Shown: positions 22,844 through 32,759 of the stretch, one piece after another
Layout: each line of letters opens with the position of its first letter
Numbering within the stretch: the first letter of the stretch is position 1
Assembly (NCBI GenBank): GCA_963717435.1
Contig: OY970332.1
Coordinates: 896,001 to 960,000 of the forward strand
Direction: 5' to 3'
Length of the DNA: 64,000 nucleotides
From: an uncultured bacterium
GTDB lineage: Bacteria > Babelota > Babeliae > Babelales > Babelaceae
The notes under the pieces: model-generated
The model's input: only the letters and a program-made list of their open reading frames with translations
Database searches by the model: none
What the model was told of the DNA's origin: nothing
Made by a program: the position numbers and the translations under genes

Positions 22844-23674
22844 TTATTTATTTTGTTCTTTATCTGAACCATACCACCAATTTTTAAATCCAGTAAACCA
22901 GCCGGAACTGCCAGTGTTCTGTTGTGTTGGCTGTAAAGTTTGTTTTGTGGGTGATGTTTTAACTTGCTTAGGTTTAAATTGCAAATCTTCGGCCCTATAA
23001 TCTTTTTCAAATGATTCTATTCCCTTATTCAATTTTTCATTAAATTTCTTTTTGAATTCTGGATTTTTTTTAATTTCATTGAGCAGCCATAGATTTGCTT
23101 CTAGGGCTAAAGCTACCTCTATTTTTTTTTGTTCGATATTCATTTGAGGTATGGGCTTTTCATATTTTTCTGGCCCGGAAGCTGAGCGTATAATATCGAT
23201 TTTACCCGTATACGTCTTTGCCTTTTCATTAATGATTTTATTCATAACATCTAGTTTGAATTGCTCATAAGTGTAGTTTTTCCAATCAGGCTTATTTTGG
23301 TTACGAGCATACTCTTGAATCATTTTGCGAATCAACCTAGCTGATTCAGGTCCTTTTTTTATTAAATTATCAGTAAAATAAAAAATTGCTTTTTCGTTTT
23401 CAGCGTCAGGTCTAATTAATATTCCTAAGTTATGTAATTCTTTAGTTAAGGCGTTCAAAACCTCATCTTTAGACGAATACTTACTCATTTGCTTATATTC
23501 TTTTTCACGTGTTTCCGAACGGTTTTCTATTTTGCTCATAAGTTCTCGTTTCTCCTCGCGACTTCTGTCAGACGCGGCTATGTCTAGGTATTTATCTACT
23601 TCTTCCAATGTCATTGTTTCAATACTGCTGATAATTATTGTAGAACTGAAAATAATAAAGTGTTTTAAATTCAT
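22844..23674 (-). CDS. Secreted hypothetical protein
   Basis: 276-aa ORF, signal-like N-terminus, GGAG RBS, Trp-rich C-terminal tail. Confidence 0.7.
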   Translation of the reverse strand: MNLKHFIIFSSTIIISSIETMTLEEVDKYLDIAASDRSREEKRELMSKIENRSETREKEYKQMSKYSSKDEVLNALTKELHNLGILIRPDAENEKAIFYFTDNLIKKGPESARLIRKMIQEYARNQNKPDWKNYTYEQFKLDVMNKIINEKAKTYTGKIDIIRSASGPEKYEKPIPQMNIEQKKIEVALALEANLWLLNEIKKNPEFKKKFNEKLNKGIESFEKDYRAEDLQFKPKQVKTSPTKQTLQPTQQNTGSSGWFTGFKNWWYGSDKEQNK

Positions 23675-23825
23675 TTTAACTCCATAAAATTATGATTATA
23701 TCCAAAAATTAAAATGTACACTTCAATTATATGAGCTTATATTCCTAGTAGTCAACATTAGGGCTATTTCGTTGGATTAATTTAGGCGCTATTGCTGGTA
23801 ATGTTACTGTTTGGAAGACGGCGCA

Positions 23826-23874
23826 GCCTGACGAAGCCTGCCAAGCCTGTAGGCGTAGATAGGCGTAGACGGGG
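23826..23874. repeat. Self-nested small GAAG/GTAG hairpin element
   Basis: CCTGACGAAGCCT-[GCCAAGCCTGTAGGCGTAGAT]-AGGCGTAGACGGG; same core as the CGAAGCC..GGCG(A/T)AG inserts in the larger repeat. Confidence 0.65.
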
Positions 23875-23964
23875 TCTAGTTAAATTTAGATAAAAGTGGT
23901 AAATTATTTGTAACTTCAAGCCAAAATCAAGATATCAAAATGTTTTAACAAAGCGATAAGTTTT

Positions 23965-25512
23965 ATGGACTCAAATAACAAAAATAATAATTCAGGTAAC
24001 GGGATTAATAATACTCATGATGGGCAAAATAATCATGAAAATACGCATCATGCGCACAATTTAGAACATGAAGTGCGTGAGCAAAAAGTTAAAAAATTAA
24101 GGGAACTGGGGATAGACCCGTGGCCGGCGTTCAAAGAGGTTGATGGCACATGCGCCCAGGTTATTTCTGAGTTTAAAGATGGTGAAAGCAAAAAGTATAG
24201 CATCTCGGGCAGAATGATCTCCCGTAGAACTCACGGTAAAGCTGCTTTTGCAACCCTTATGGATAGAACCGGAAAGCTTCAGGTTTATATAAAAACTGAT
24301 AATGTCGGCGCTGATAAGTTTAAAATCTTTGAAGAGCTTTTTGATCTTGGCGATATTATCTGGTGTTCAGGAACTTCTTTTAGAACCAAGATGGGTGAAA
24401 TTACTTTGCTTGTCGAACAGTTTGAGTTGCTAAGTAAATGCTTATACCCGCTGCCTGAAAAGTTTCATGGGCTTGCCGATATTGAAGTAAAATACAGACA
24501 ACGATACCTTGATTTAATTACAAGTGAAGCAACACGGGATAGATTTATAAAACGTACAAAGATTTTAAGATCTATCAGAAACTTCTTTAATTCACACGAT
24601 TTTCTTGAAGTCGAAACCCCAATGTTGCACCCAATTGCCGGCGGTGCGGCTGCAAAACCGTTTAAGACCCATCACAATGCTTTGGACACTGAGTTGTATT
24701 TGAGAATTGCTCCAGAGTTATATTTAAAAAGATTGGTTGTTGGCGGCTTTGAGCGCGTTTATGAGATTAATAGAAATTTCAGAAACGAGGGGATCTCAAC
24801 AAGACATAATCCTGAATTTACTATGTTGGAATTTTATATGGCCAACGAAGATTATCACTTTATTATGAACTTTGTTGAGGAACTATTACGCAATATGGCG
24901 CGCGAGGTTTGCGGCACAGATATAGTTGATTTTGGTGATAAAAAAATAGACTTTGGGTCAAAATTCAAAAAATTGACAGTAAAGCAGTCTGTTGTAGAAA
25001 TCGGTGGCTTAACTGAAGCTGATTTGTTACCTGAAAATATAGATAATACTATCAAAAAATATAAAATCGATTTGCCGAATAAGTCTGCTTCTTTGGGCGC
25101 GAAAATATTTGCACTTTTTGAAGAGCTTGTTGAGAAAAAAATCGTTAATCCGACTTTTATTATAGATTACCCGATCGAGATTTCGCCACTTGCAAAACGG
25201 GACTCTAAGAACCCTAATGTTGCAGCAAGATTTGAGTTATTTGTTGCCGGCATGGAAATCTCTAATGGCTTTAATGAGCTTAACGACCCGTATGACCAGG
25301 CACAAAGATTTCACGAGCAAGTTGCTGCTTATGAAGCGGGAGATCAAGAAGCGCACCAGTATGACGCTGACTATGTTCATGCGCTTGAGTATGGCTTGCC
25401 ACCTACTGTTGGCGTTGGGATTGGGATCGACAGACTTGTTATGTTGATGACAAATACAACTTCAATTAAAGATGTTATCTTGTTCCCGACACTTAAACCC
25501 GCTCATAAATAA
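23965..25512 (+). CDS. lysS: Lysine--tRNA ligase (class II)
   Basis: YRQRYLDL, EVETPML, LRIAPELYLKRL, FRNEG...HNPEFT, GIGIDRL. Confidence 0.98.
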   Translation: MDSNNKNNNSGNGINNTHDGQNNHENTHHAHNLEHEVREQKVKKLRELGIDPWPAFKEVDGTCAQVISEFKDGESKKYSISGRMISRRTHGKAAFATLMDRTGKLQVYIKTDNVGADKFKIFEELFDLGDIIWCSGTSFRTKMGEITLLVEQFELLSKCLYPLPEKFHGLADIEVKYRQRYLDLITSEATRDRFIKRTKILRSIRNFFNSHDFLEVETPMLHPIAGGAAAKPFKTHHNALDTELYLRIAPELYLKRLVVGGFERVYEINRNFRNEGISTRHNPEFTMLEFYMANEDYHFIMNFVEELLRNMAREVCGTDIVDFGDKKIDFGSKFKKLTVKQSVVEIGGLTEADLLPENIDNTIKKYKIDLPNKSASLGAKIFALFEELVEKKIVNPTFIIDYPIEISPLAKRDSKNPNVAARFELFVAGMEISNGFNELNDPYDQAQRFHEQVAAYEAGDQEAHQYDADYVHALEYGLPPTVGVGIGIDRLVMLMTNTTSIKDVILFPTLKPAHK

Positions 25513-25516
25513 CTTA

Positions 25517-25687
25517 CGCCATGGTTCCCGACTTCGCCAAAGGCTTCGACGGGCAGGCGATACGCCTCACCCCTGTCGGCCATAGCCACCGGCGACGGCT
25601 GAACGAGCGTAATTTAAATTTATCGCTCGCCCTGAGTTTTTTTCGTAGCGTAGCGCAGAAAAAAGTATCGAATGGGTTTGAGCGAAC
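25517..25687. repeat. REP-like palindromic element, locus 2 (two units, one carrying two nested ~30-bp inserts)
   Basis: CGCCATGGTTC[insert]CGATAC..CTCACC[insert]ACGAGCG, then CGCTCGCCCTGAG-T-run-CGTAGCGTAGCGCAG-A-run-GTATCGAATGGG. Confidence 0.85.
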
Positions 25688-25709
25688 AGTGAAATCTTGA
25701 AAGTTAATT

Positions 25710-27440
25710 ATGAAGATCTTGCAGGGTGCAAAATATATTTGGCAGATTCCTGATTTTGATCAAGTTCGGGTAGCAGAGTTTTCTGCTACCTATAATTTGT
25801 CATATCCAATAATTCAGACTTTATTGTCTCGTGGCCTAAAAGATAAATCTGAACTTGACCAGTTTTTAACAAGTTCTTATGAAAAAGATGTTGCAAGTTC
25901 TGAGCTGTTAAAAGATGGGCCGGAAGTTGCAAGAAGAATCATAGAAGCCATCGACAAACAAGAAAAAATATTAATCTGCGGAGATTATGACGTTGACGGC
26001 ATAACTTCGTCGGCGATGATGATGGCATGCCTGAAGCCATTAGGTGCGCAGATAAATTTCTTTTTGCCCCACAGAGTTAACGATGGCTACGGCTTATCGG
26101 TAAAAACTGTAAGGCGTGCGGCGCAAAATGGTTATAAAGTTTTAATTACTGTTGATAACGGAATTACTGCATTTGAGCCTGCGCTTGAAGCAAAAAAATT
26201 GGGGATAGATTTAATTATCACGGATCATCATAGGCCACATGATCATCTGCCCGAGGGCTTTGCTGTGGTTGACCCTCATAGGGTTGATTGTGAATACCCA
26301 TATAAAAAATTTGCGGGGGTTGGCGTAGGCTTTAAAATATTGTCTTTAGTTTATAAATATCTTGGTTTGGAACTTCCTGAAAAAGTTTATGAATTATTAT
26401 TGCTCGGCACAGTCGCTGACGTTGTGCCAATAACTGGCGAAAATAGATTTTGGGTCAGGCATTGTCTTAATCTTATAAACGACCCAGATTATAACGCAAA
26501 AAGTTTAGCTTTAAGAGTTTTGAAAGAAAATGCGCGTGTTACAAAGCCAATTTTAAGTTCAACGGATATAGGCTTTTTTTTAGCGCCACAAATTAACGCA
26601 CTTGGTCGACTTGATGATCCGCGCCAGGGCGTAGCTTTTTTAATTAGTGATAACGAAGAAGAAGTTCGACATGTTGGTAGAATATTAAAAGAGTTAAACG
26701 AATCCCGTAAGGGAATCGAAAAGGGAATATTTAATCAGGTTGAAACTTTAATAAAATCTGGCGAAATCGATATTTCGACTGATCATGTTTTGGTTGCAGC
26801 AGGTTCTTGGCCGCCAGGAGTGATAGGGCTGGTTGCATCAAGACTTGTTGGGGCTTACGCTCGTCCTGCAATAGTTTTGCATTTAACGTCTGATGGGCTT
26901 GCAAAAGGCTCATGTAGATCAGTAAAAGATTTTAATATGTTTAATGCGTTATCAAGCTGCAGTGATTTGTTGTTAAGTTTTGGTGGGCACGCAGCTGCTG
27001 CTGGGATGTCTTTAGATGCGAAAAATTTGCCCGAGCTTAAATCAAGATTAAATATTTTAATGCGCGAGCAATTACCTGATTTTGATTTTAAGCACAAATT
27101 ATCGATAGATTCGCAATTAGTTTTGCCTGAAGCAAATAAAAAACTTATGTCAGATTTGCAGTATCTTGAACCGTTTGGTTGTGAAAATCAGCAGCCGGTC
27201 TTTTATGTTAAAGATGTGTCGATTGTCGGCGATCCTGTTTTATTAAAAGAGGCGCATGTTAAATGTTCTATTTTTGCAGACGGGATAATCAAGCCTGTTA
27301 TATTTTTTAATAGACCTGAGATTTTTAAAATATTAGAACAGAATAAAGATAAGTCTTATACTATAGCTGTGCATGTTTCAGAAAATCATTGGAATGACAA
27401 AGTGTCTATAGAATTGCAAGGGGTTGATATATTATTATGA
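25710..27440 (+). CDS. recJ: Single-stranded-DNA exonuclease RecJ
   Basis: GDYDVDG, ITVDNG, TDHH, GTVADVV, GSCRS, FGGHAAAAG. Confidence 0.97.
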   Translation: MKILQGAKYIWQIPDFDQVRVAEFSATYNLSYPIIQTLLSRGLKDKSELDQFLTSSYEKDVASSELLKDGPEVARRIIEAIDKQEKILICGDYDVDGITSSAMMMACLKPLGAQINFFLPHRVNDGYGLSVKTVRRAAQNGYKVLITVDNGITAFEPALEAKKLGIDLIITDHHRPHDHLPEGFAVVDPHRVDCEYPYKKFAGVGVGFKILSLVYKYLGLELPEKVYELLLLGTVADVVPITGENRFWVRHCLNLINDPDYNAKSLALRVLKENARVTKPILSSTDIGFFLAPQINALGRLDDPRQGVAFLISDNEEEVRHVGRILKELNESRKGIEKGIFNQVETLIKSGEIDISTDHVLVAAGSWPPGVIGLVASRLVGAYARPAIVLHLTSDGLAKGSCRSVKDFNMFNALSSCSDLLLSFGGHAAAAGMSLDAKNLPELKSRLNILMREQLPDFDFKHKLSIDSQLVLPEANKKLMSDLQYLEPFGCENQQPVFYVKDVSIVGDPVLLKEAHVKCSIFADGIIKPVIFFNRPEIFKILEQNKDKSYTIAVHVSENHWNDKVSIELQGVDILL

Positions 27441-28108
27441 TTATAACTATTGATGGCCCAACGGCCAGCGGAAAATCTACGGTTGCCCAGATTGTTGCAA
27501 AAGAGCTTTCTATTTATTATTTAAATTCAGGGTATTTATACAGGGCTTTGGCTTATATATTAAAACAAGAGGGGTTTGGAGAGCAGCATGTTCCTGAAAT
27601 TCCAGAATCTGAAATCTCAAAATTTATTTTGCCAGATATTTTTGTATACAAATATAATCATGTAGAAAAAATTTCTGTGTTATACAAAAATTCAGAACTA
27701 ACACACATGCTTAAAACTCCAGAAATGGATAAAGTTAGTTCGGCGATTAGCAAATATCCAAATGTCCGATCTGCGCTCCTTAATTATCAGCGCAGTTTTT
27801 CAAAAACTAATAGTTTGGTAATTGAAGGGCGCGATACTGGAACGGTAGTTTTTCCTGAAGCGAATTTTAAATTTTTTTTGACAGCCCGTCCTGAAGTTAG
27901 AGCACAAAGATGGCAGCTTGATCAACAGAGACTGGGAAATAATCTTGTCTTACAGGACTGTATTGATTTAATTACTCAGCGTGACGAGCGGGATACTAAG
28001 CGTGCAAACTCGCCGCTTGTTTCTGCCCAAGATGCATATTTGATCGATAATTCTGAAATCGATTTAGAAACAACAGCAAAATATATTTTAAAAATATGTA
28101 GGCCGTGA
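27437..28108 (+). CDS. cmk: Cytidylate kinase
   Basis: ITIDGPTASGKST, SGYLYRA, EGRDTGTVVFP, RDERD. Confidence 0.95.
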   Translation: MIITIDGPTASGKSTVAQIVAKELSIYYLNSGYLYRALAYILKQEGFGEQHVPEIPESEISKFILPDIFVYKYNHVEKISVLYKNSELTHMLKTPEMDKVSSAISKYPNVRSALLNYQRSFSKTNSLVIEGRDTGTVVFPEANFKFFLTARPEVRAQRWQLDQQRLGNNLVLQDCIDLITQRDERDTKRANSPLVSAQDAYLIDNSEIDLETTAKYILKICRP

Positions 28109-28162
28109 ATTTAATCACAGCCTACAAAAAATCAAGCTTGGGTTTTACGTAATTAATTTGGA

Positions 28163-28375
28163 CTAGTTGATCTTTGTGTCGTCTTCGTCGTCATTTTCTT
28201 TAACAAAGCTTTTTTTGTGGTGACGAAGTGTTTTTCTTTCTGGCCTTGCATCGACAACTGTTGAAACTTCTGAGCATTCACATTTCGGGCATCTTTGTTG
28301 GCATGCCGCAATAATTGCAAATACGCTTACGGTACAACATAACTTAACGATTTTTTTGATCAACGGAAGTGTCAT
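28163..28375 (-). CDS. Small Cys-containing lipoprotein
   Basis: GGAG then ATG 28375; hydrophobic leader, IAAC lipobox, then CPKCEC. Confidence 0.65.
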   Translation of the reverse strand: MTLPLIKKIVKLCCTVSVFAIIAACQQRCPKCECSEVSTVVDARPERKTLRHHKKSFVKENDDEDDTKIN

Positions 28376-28399
28376 CTTAATTGCTCCCAATTTTCGCGT

Positions 28400-28447
28400 T
28401 TATCTTTTTTTGCAAACGCATTTATCTTTTTTACACATTTTACACAT
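28400..28447 (-). CDS. Putative 15-aa Cys/Lys-rich micro-peptide MCKMCKKDKCVCKKR
   Basis: ATG preceded by AAGAAAGAG; CxxC...CxC pattern matches both neighbouring genes; below the ORF-track cutoff. Confidence 0.35.
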   Translation of the reverse strand: MCKMCKKDKCVCKKR

Positions 28448-28495
28448 GATAATTCTCTTTCTTAATTAATTTCGTAATTAATTTACTTGTTGCGT

Positions 28496-28792
28496 TTATT
28501 TATTGCAGCGGCAGCTTCTCATTGGCATATGACATCGGCTACAATGTCTCTTGCATGTGCCTTCGCTACATTTGTGACATGATCTTACTTTGCAACCTTC
28601 TCCGCACATTCTGCAAGCAGGTCTTGCTTTGCAAGCGCAAGGCATTTCTCCGCATTTTCTGCAAGATTTTTCCATATGCTCATGATGATATTGGTCTGTT
28701 CCTTCAGATGCGCAAGAACCGCAACGTCCGCCACAATTTGCAGACACTACTAATAGAACTGAAGCCATTATAAGCGAAATTAGCTTTTTCAT
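28496..28792 (-). CDS. Small cysteine-rich lipoprotein (17 Cys)
   Basis: AAGGAG RBS; signal peptide ending SANC; five CxxC plus CxC motifs. Confidence 0.8.
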   Translation of the reverse strand: MKKLISLIMASVLLVVSANCGGRCGSCASEGTDQYHHEHMEKSCRKCGEMPCACKARPACRMCGEGCKVRSCHKCSEGTCKRHCSRCHMPMRSCRCNK

Positions 28793-28991
28793 GGACTATC
28801 TCCTTAAATAAAGGTTAAAAAATACTTAGGGACAGTCTATAATAATTTTCTTACAAGTTTCAAGTATGCATGAAAATCGATTTAAAAATATAGAAAATAA
28901 ATTAAATTTTTTTTAAAAAAGTTTTTTAAAAAAAACAACCCGCAGTTTTTTATAACTACGGGTTGATAAATTTAAACCAACTTAAATTTAA

Positions 28992-29648
28992 TTAAGCTTG
29001 TTTTGACTTTTCGTATTTTGCAAATAGAGATCCAACTTTGAATGCAAGCAATGTTGTTATTGTTGCGTCCATAGGGAATCTAGCTCCATTAAATGTTCTT
29101 CTTAATAAATAACGATCCAGCGCCACATATGTTGCTATTGCAGCAATTTTGTTATCCCAACCAAATTTAGCACCATCAACCAAAGTTTTTCCTGGAACGC
29201 CAACAGTTTCTATAAAATTACCGAAACCTTCTATTTTGTTAGCTATTGCAGAGTTGACACTTTTGACTTTATTAGCTATTTCTTCACGGTTGTCATAAAG
29301 TTTTGTTGCGCCATTTTTCGCTGCATTATAAGCTTTTGCTACGCCATTTTTTGCCACATTATAAACTTTTTTTGTCGCGTATATAGTAGCAGCTGTTGCA
29401 CCAACGGCTGCGCCTACGATCAAAAGACCTGCGGCCGCCCTGTTCAAATTTTCTCGTGAAATTCTTCCTAGATTAATTCCACGCTTTGAGCCCTTTTCAC
29501 CAAATGGTACATTTGCTGGTGCATCGCCGCCGTTATAGTCCCGTTTAGAAAAAACATTCTCCCCCCCGTTATTTGGCTTCATACACAAAGCTGTATTTGC
29601 TGTGAATAAAACCAAGCTTAGAATTAGAAACTTTTTTGAATTGAACAT
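28992..29648 (-). CDS. Secreted hypothetical protein with a TM segment and 11-mer amphipathic repeats
   Basis: Signal peptide; AAAGLLIVGAAVGATAATIYA; KKVYNVAKNGV/AKAYNAAKNGA/TKLYDNREEIA. Confidence 0.7.
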   Translation of the reverse strand: MFNSKKFLILSLVLFTANTALCMKPNNGGENVFSKRDYNGGDAPANVPFGEKGSKRGINLGRISRENLNRAAAGLLIVGAAVGATAATIYATKKVYNVAKNGVAKAYNAAKNGATKLYDNREEIANKVKSVNSAIANKIEGFGNFIETVGVPGKTLVDGAKFGWDNKIAAIATYVALDRYLLRRTFNGARFPMDATITTLLAFKVGSLFAKYEKSKQA

Positions 29649-29846
29649 AGCTGTTCCCCATTAATTAAATATTGTTAAAACTGTTTTTTATTGTTTTTAG
29701 TATTAGAGAGACTTTTTGATCCCCATTTTTCTACTAATATTAAGTTTACCAGAGCCTAATATTATAATCAAATACTATAGGCAAAATGGCGCAAAAAGGG
29801 GGAAGAGTTTATCTTCCCCGATAATTTAGTGTTAAAAATCTATAAA

Positions 29847-30023
29847 CTATTTTTCATCTGCCCAAGCAGGATTTTGCATTGCGCCAGAAACTCTTCTTAC
29901 AGGCTCATCAACTTCAACTGCGACAGTGTATTCAGGCTCTGCTTGTTCTGTTCGTTTTCCACCACAACCTGCAAGTGTCAAAACTGCCGGAACTAGTGCT
30001 AGTGCAAATAGAAGATTTTTCAT
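29847..30023 (-). CDS. Small lipoprotein (58 aa; not in ORF track)
   Basis: MKNLLFALALVPAVLTLAGCGGKRTEQAEPEY...AWADEK*, with a canonical LAGC lipobox and a downstream GGGGAAGA/TCTTCCCC hairpin. Confidence 0.8.
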   Translation of the reverse strand: MKNLLFALALVPAVLTLAGCGGKRTEQAEPEYTVAVEVDEPVRRVSGAMQNPAWADEK

Positions 30024-30051
30024 GTTTAACCCTATTAGTTTAATTTGATGT

Positions 30052-32459
30052 TTACTTACTGTTTTTCTTCTTGGTTGTCTTGTTTGACCGAGTTATCTTA
30101 CCAGCTTTTTTTACTTTTTGGAACGGGTTTTTTTCAAGAGCCAATTTTACAACGTCATCCATATGGTCCACAAATATCAAATCGTCTATATTTCCAAGCT
30201 CTTTTATAGCTTCGTCTATATCATCTTTATTCTCTTTAGGAAGTAATATTTGCTTCATGCCATGCTGGCGTCCCGCAAGAATCTTCTCTTTCAAGCCACC
30301 AACTCCGAGGACTCGACCACGTAGGGTAATTTCACCTGTCATTGCCATATTATTTTTGATCGCAATATTTGTCAAAGCTGAAACATGGCAAGACAATAGA
30401 AATACCAGCAGAAGGGCCGTCTTTGGGTGTTGCACCCTCAGGGAAATGCATGTGTACGTCTTTGTTTGCATAGAAGTCTGTTTTTTAATCCAAGATCAAC
30501 CGCCCTAGATCTCATATAACTTAGTGCAGCTTGTGCAGATTCTTGCATAACTTCACCAAGTTGTCCCGTCAAAGTTAAGCCGCCTTTACCAGGCAATAGC
30601 TGACTTCGATTTCTAAAACATCTCCGCCAAGTTCAGTCCAAGCAAGTCCTGTTGCAAGTCCAACAACATCTTTATTTTTCATAAGATTAGTTTTTTTGTA
30701 TTTTTGATGTCCTAGCCATCATTAATTATTTCTGCAGTAACAGTGACCGATTTTAAATTTTCATCGTGTAAAAATTCTTGGATTGATTTTCGCATAATCT
30801 TTGCAATCGCACGCTCAAGCTGCCTAACACCAGCTTCTTTGGTGTATTCATCAATAATTTGATGCAAGATTTCATCTGCTACAATTTAACTTGGCTTGTC
30901 TGTTAAACCGTATTCTTTGAGCATTTTTGGAATCAAAAAGATCTTGTTATGGCTAGCTTTTCAGCTTCGGTGTACCCAGAAAGACTGATAATTTCCATAC
31001 GATCAAATAGCGGATACGGAATCCCGTCTATCATATTAGCCGTTGCGATAAACATAACCTTTGAAAAATCATAATCAACTTCAAAAAAGTGATCCACAAA
31101 TGATTTGTTTTGTTCCGGATCTAATACTTCTAAGCAGAGCTGAAGCAGGATCGCCTGGAAATCACGCGACATTTTATCGATTTCATCGAGTAAAATTACT
31201 GGATTGAAAACTTGGCTTTGCGCATGCCTTGAATTATTTTTCCTGGCAGTGCACCAATATAAGTTCTTCTATGACCACGTATTTCAGCCTCATCTTTAAC
31301 GCCACCAAGTGAAATTCTAACAAATTCTCGACCCAAACTTTCTGCAATAGACTGAGCCAAAGATGTCTTACCAACACCTGGGGGCCCAACTAAGCAAATA
31401 ATAGGCGATCTTTCAAGATTCTTTGAGAATTTTTTGGCCGCCAAAAATTCGATAATTCTTTCTTTTACCTTTTAGTAATCCAGCATGATTTTTATTTAAT
31501 ATTTTTTCTGCGGTTTCTAAGCTGATAGTATCTTTGCTGATTTTTTTCCATGGTAGTGATATTACCCAGTCGATATAGTGCCTGCTAATAACAGCTTCTG
31601 AGGACATAGGCGGCATAAGCTCAAGTCTCTTAAGCTCTTTGTCAACTTTGTCATAGGCTTCTGCGCTTAAACCAAGAGATTTGATTTTTGCTCTAAGCTG
31701 GTTAACTTCTACTTGTTGATCTTCGCGTCCCAACTCTTTTTGGATAGCTTTAATCTGCTCAGTTAGGTAATATTCTTTTTGATTTTTTTCAACCTGATTT
31801 TGAACGCGACCCTTAATGCGTTCTTCAGTTTCTAGAATTTCTATCTCTTTTTGCAGATAAGCAGTCAGTTTAATTAGTCTCTCTTTAAGATCAACAAGCT
31901 CTAATATTTGCTGTCTCTCATCAAAAGACAGATTAATCTGGACTGAAAGAGTATCTGCCAAGTTATCCATATCTTCGACTGTTTTTGCATTTTGAAACAG
32001 ATCAGCAGGAAGTTTGGTATTTATTTTTAAGTAGCTATTATATGTATCTTTTAGGGTTCTCCAGATAGCTTCTAGCTCAACTGTTTTTTCAGTGTCACTT
32101 TTTAAATCTTCACAGTGAACCGCCAAAAAGTTATCTATGCGTTCAGTGGACAAGAATTTTGATCTACAAATACCTTCAACCAAGATTTTTAGCGTGCCCT
32201 TTGGCATACGCATTACTTGGAGAATCGTAGCTTTTGTCCCGTAGTTAAATAGATCTTTTTCTGTTGGATGTTCTATATCGGGGTGTTTTTGTGCTGTAAT
32301 AAAAATGGGTTGATTATTCTTAAGAGCATATTCTACTGCTTCAACTGAAGATGCTCTACCGACTATTACGGGTATAATGCTTTTAGGCAAAATAACGACA
32401 TTTTTTAATGGCAAAAGAGCCAAAAAATTTTGCTGTATATTGTTTTCTGGTGAGTTCAT
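30052..32459 (-). pseudogene. lon: ATP-dependent protease La (Lon), disrupted by about 10 single-base indels (assembly error or recent pseudogene)
   Basis: Lon N-domain, [53 protein letters not shown] and TGEITLRGRVLGVGGLKEK are spread across different frames. Confidence 0.9.
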
Positions 32460-32759
32460 CTGCAGATCTTTCCTGAATTGGTTAAGACTTAAAAGTAATG
32501 GCTTAAAACTTTAATAGCTTATACCTAAGTTATTTTAGCATAATATACTCAAGGAGTAAATCTTATTTTTTTGCCCCTATTAGTCTATAATTTAGCTTAT
32601 ATAAGCTATTTTTTGCAGTTTTTTTAATTATTTTTTTTACAAAAGTTTAATATTTCTGTATGATTTTAAGTGATCTTTGTTTTTGAAGTACTCGTAGCCA
32701 ATAAGCTTGGTTCGAGCTGGGGAAATTACTAAAACTTGCTTTACCTGAAGGTCCACTTA

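Noticed and set aside
28496-28792. Multiheme cytochrome c
   Set aside because: Only one CxxCH among five CxxC motifs; the pattern fits a Cys-rich or metal-binding protein better.
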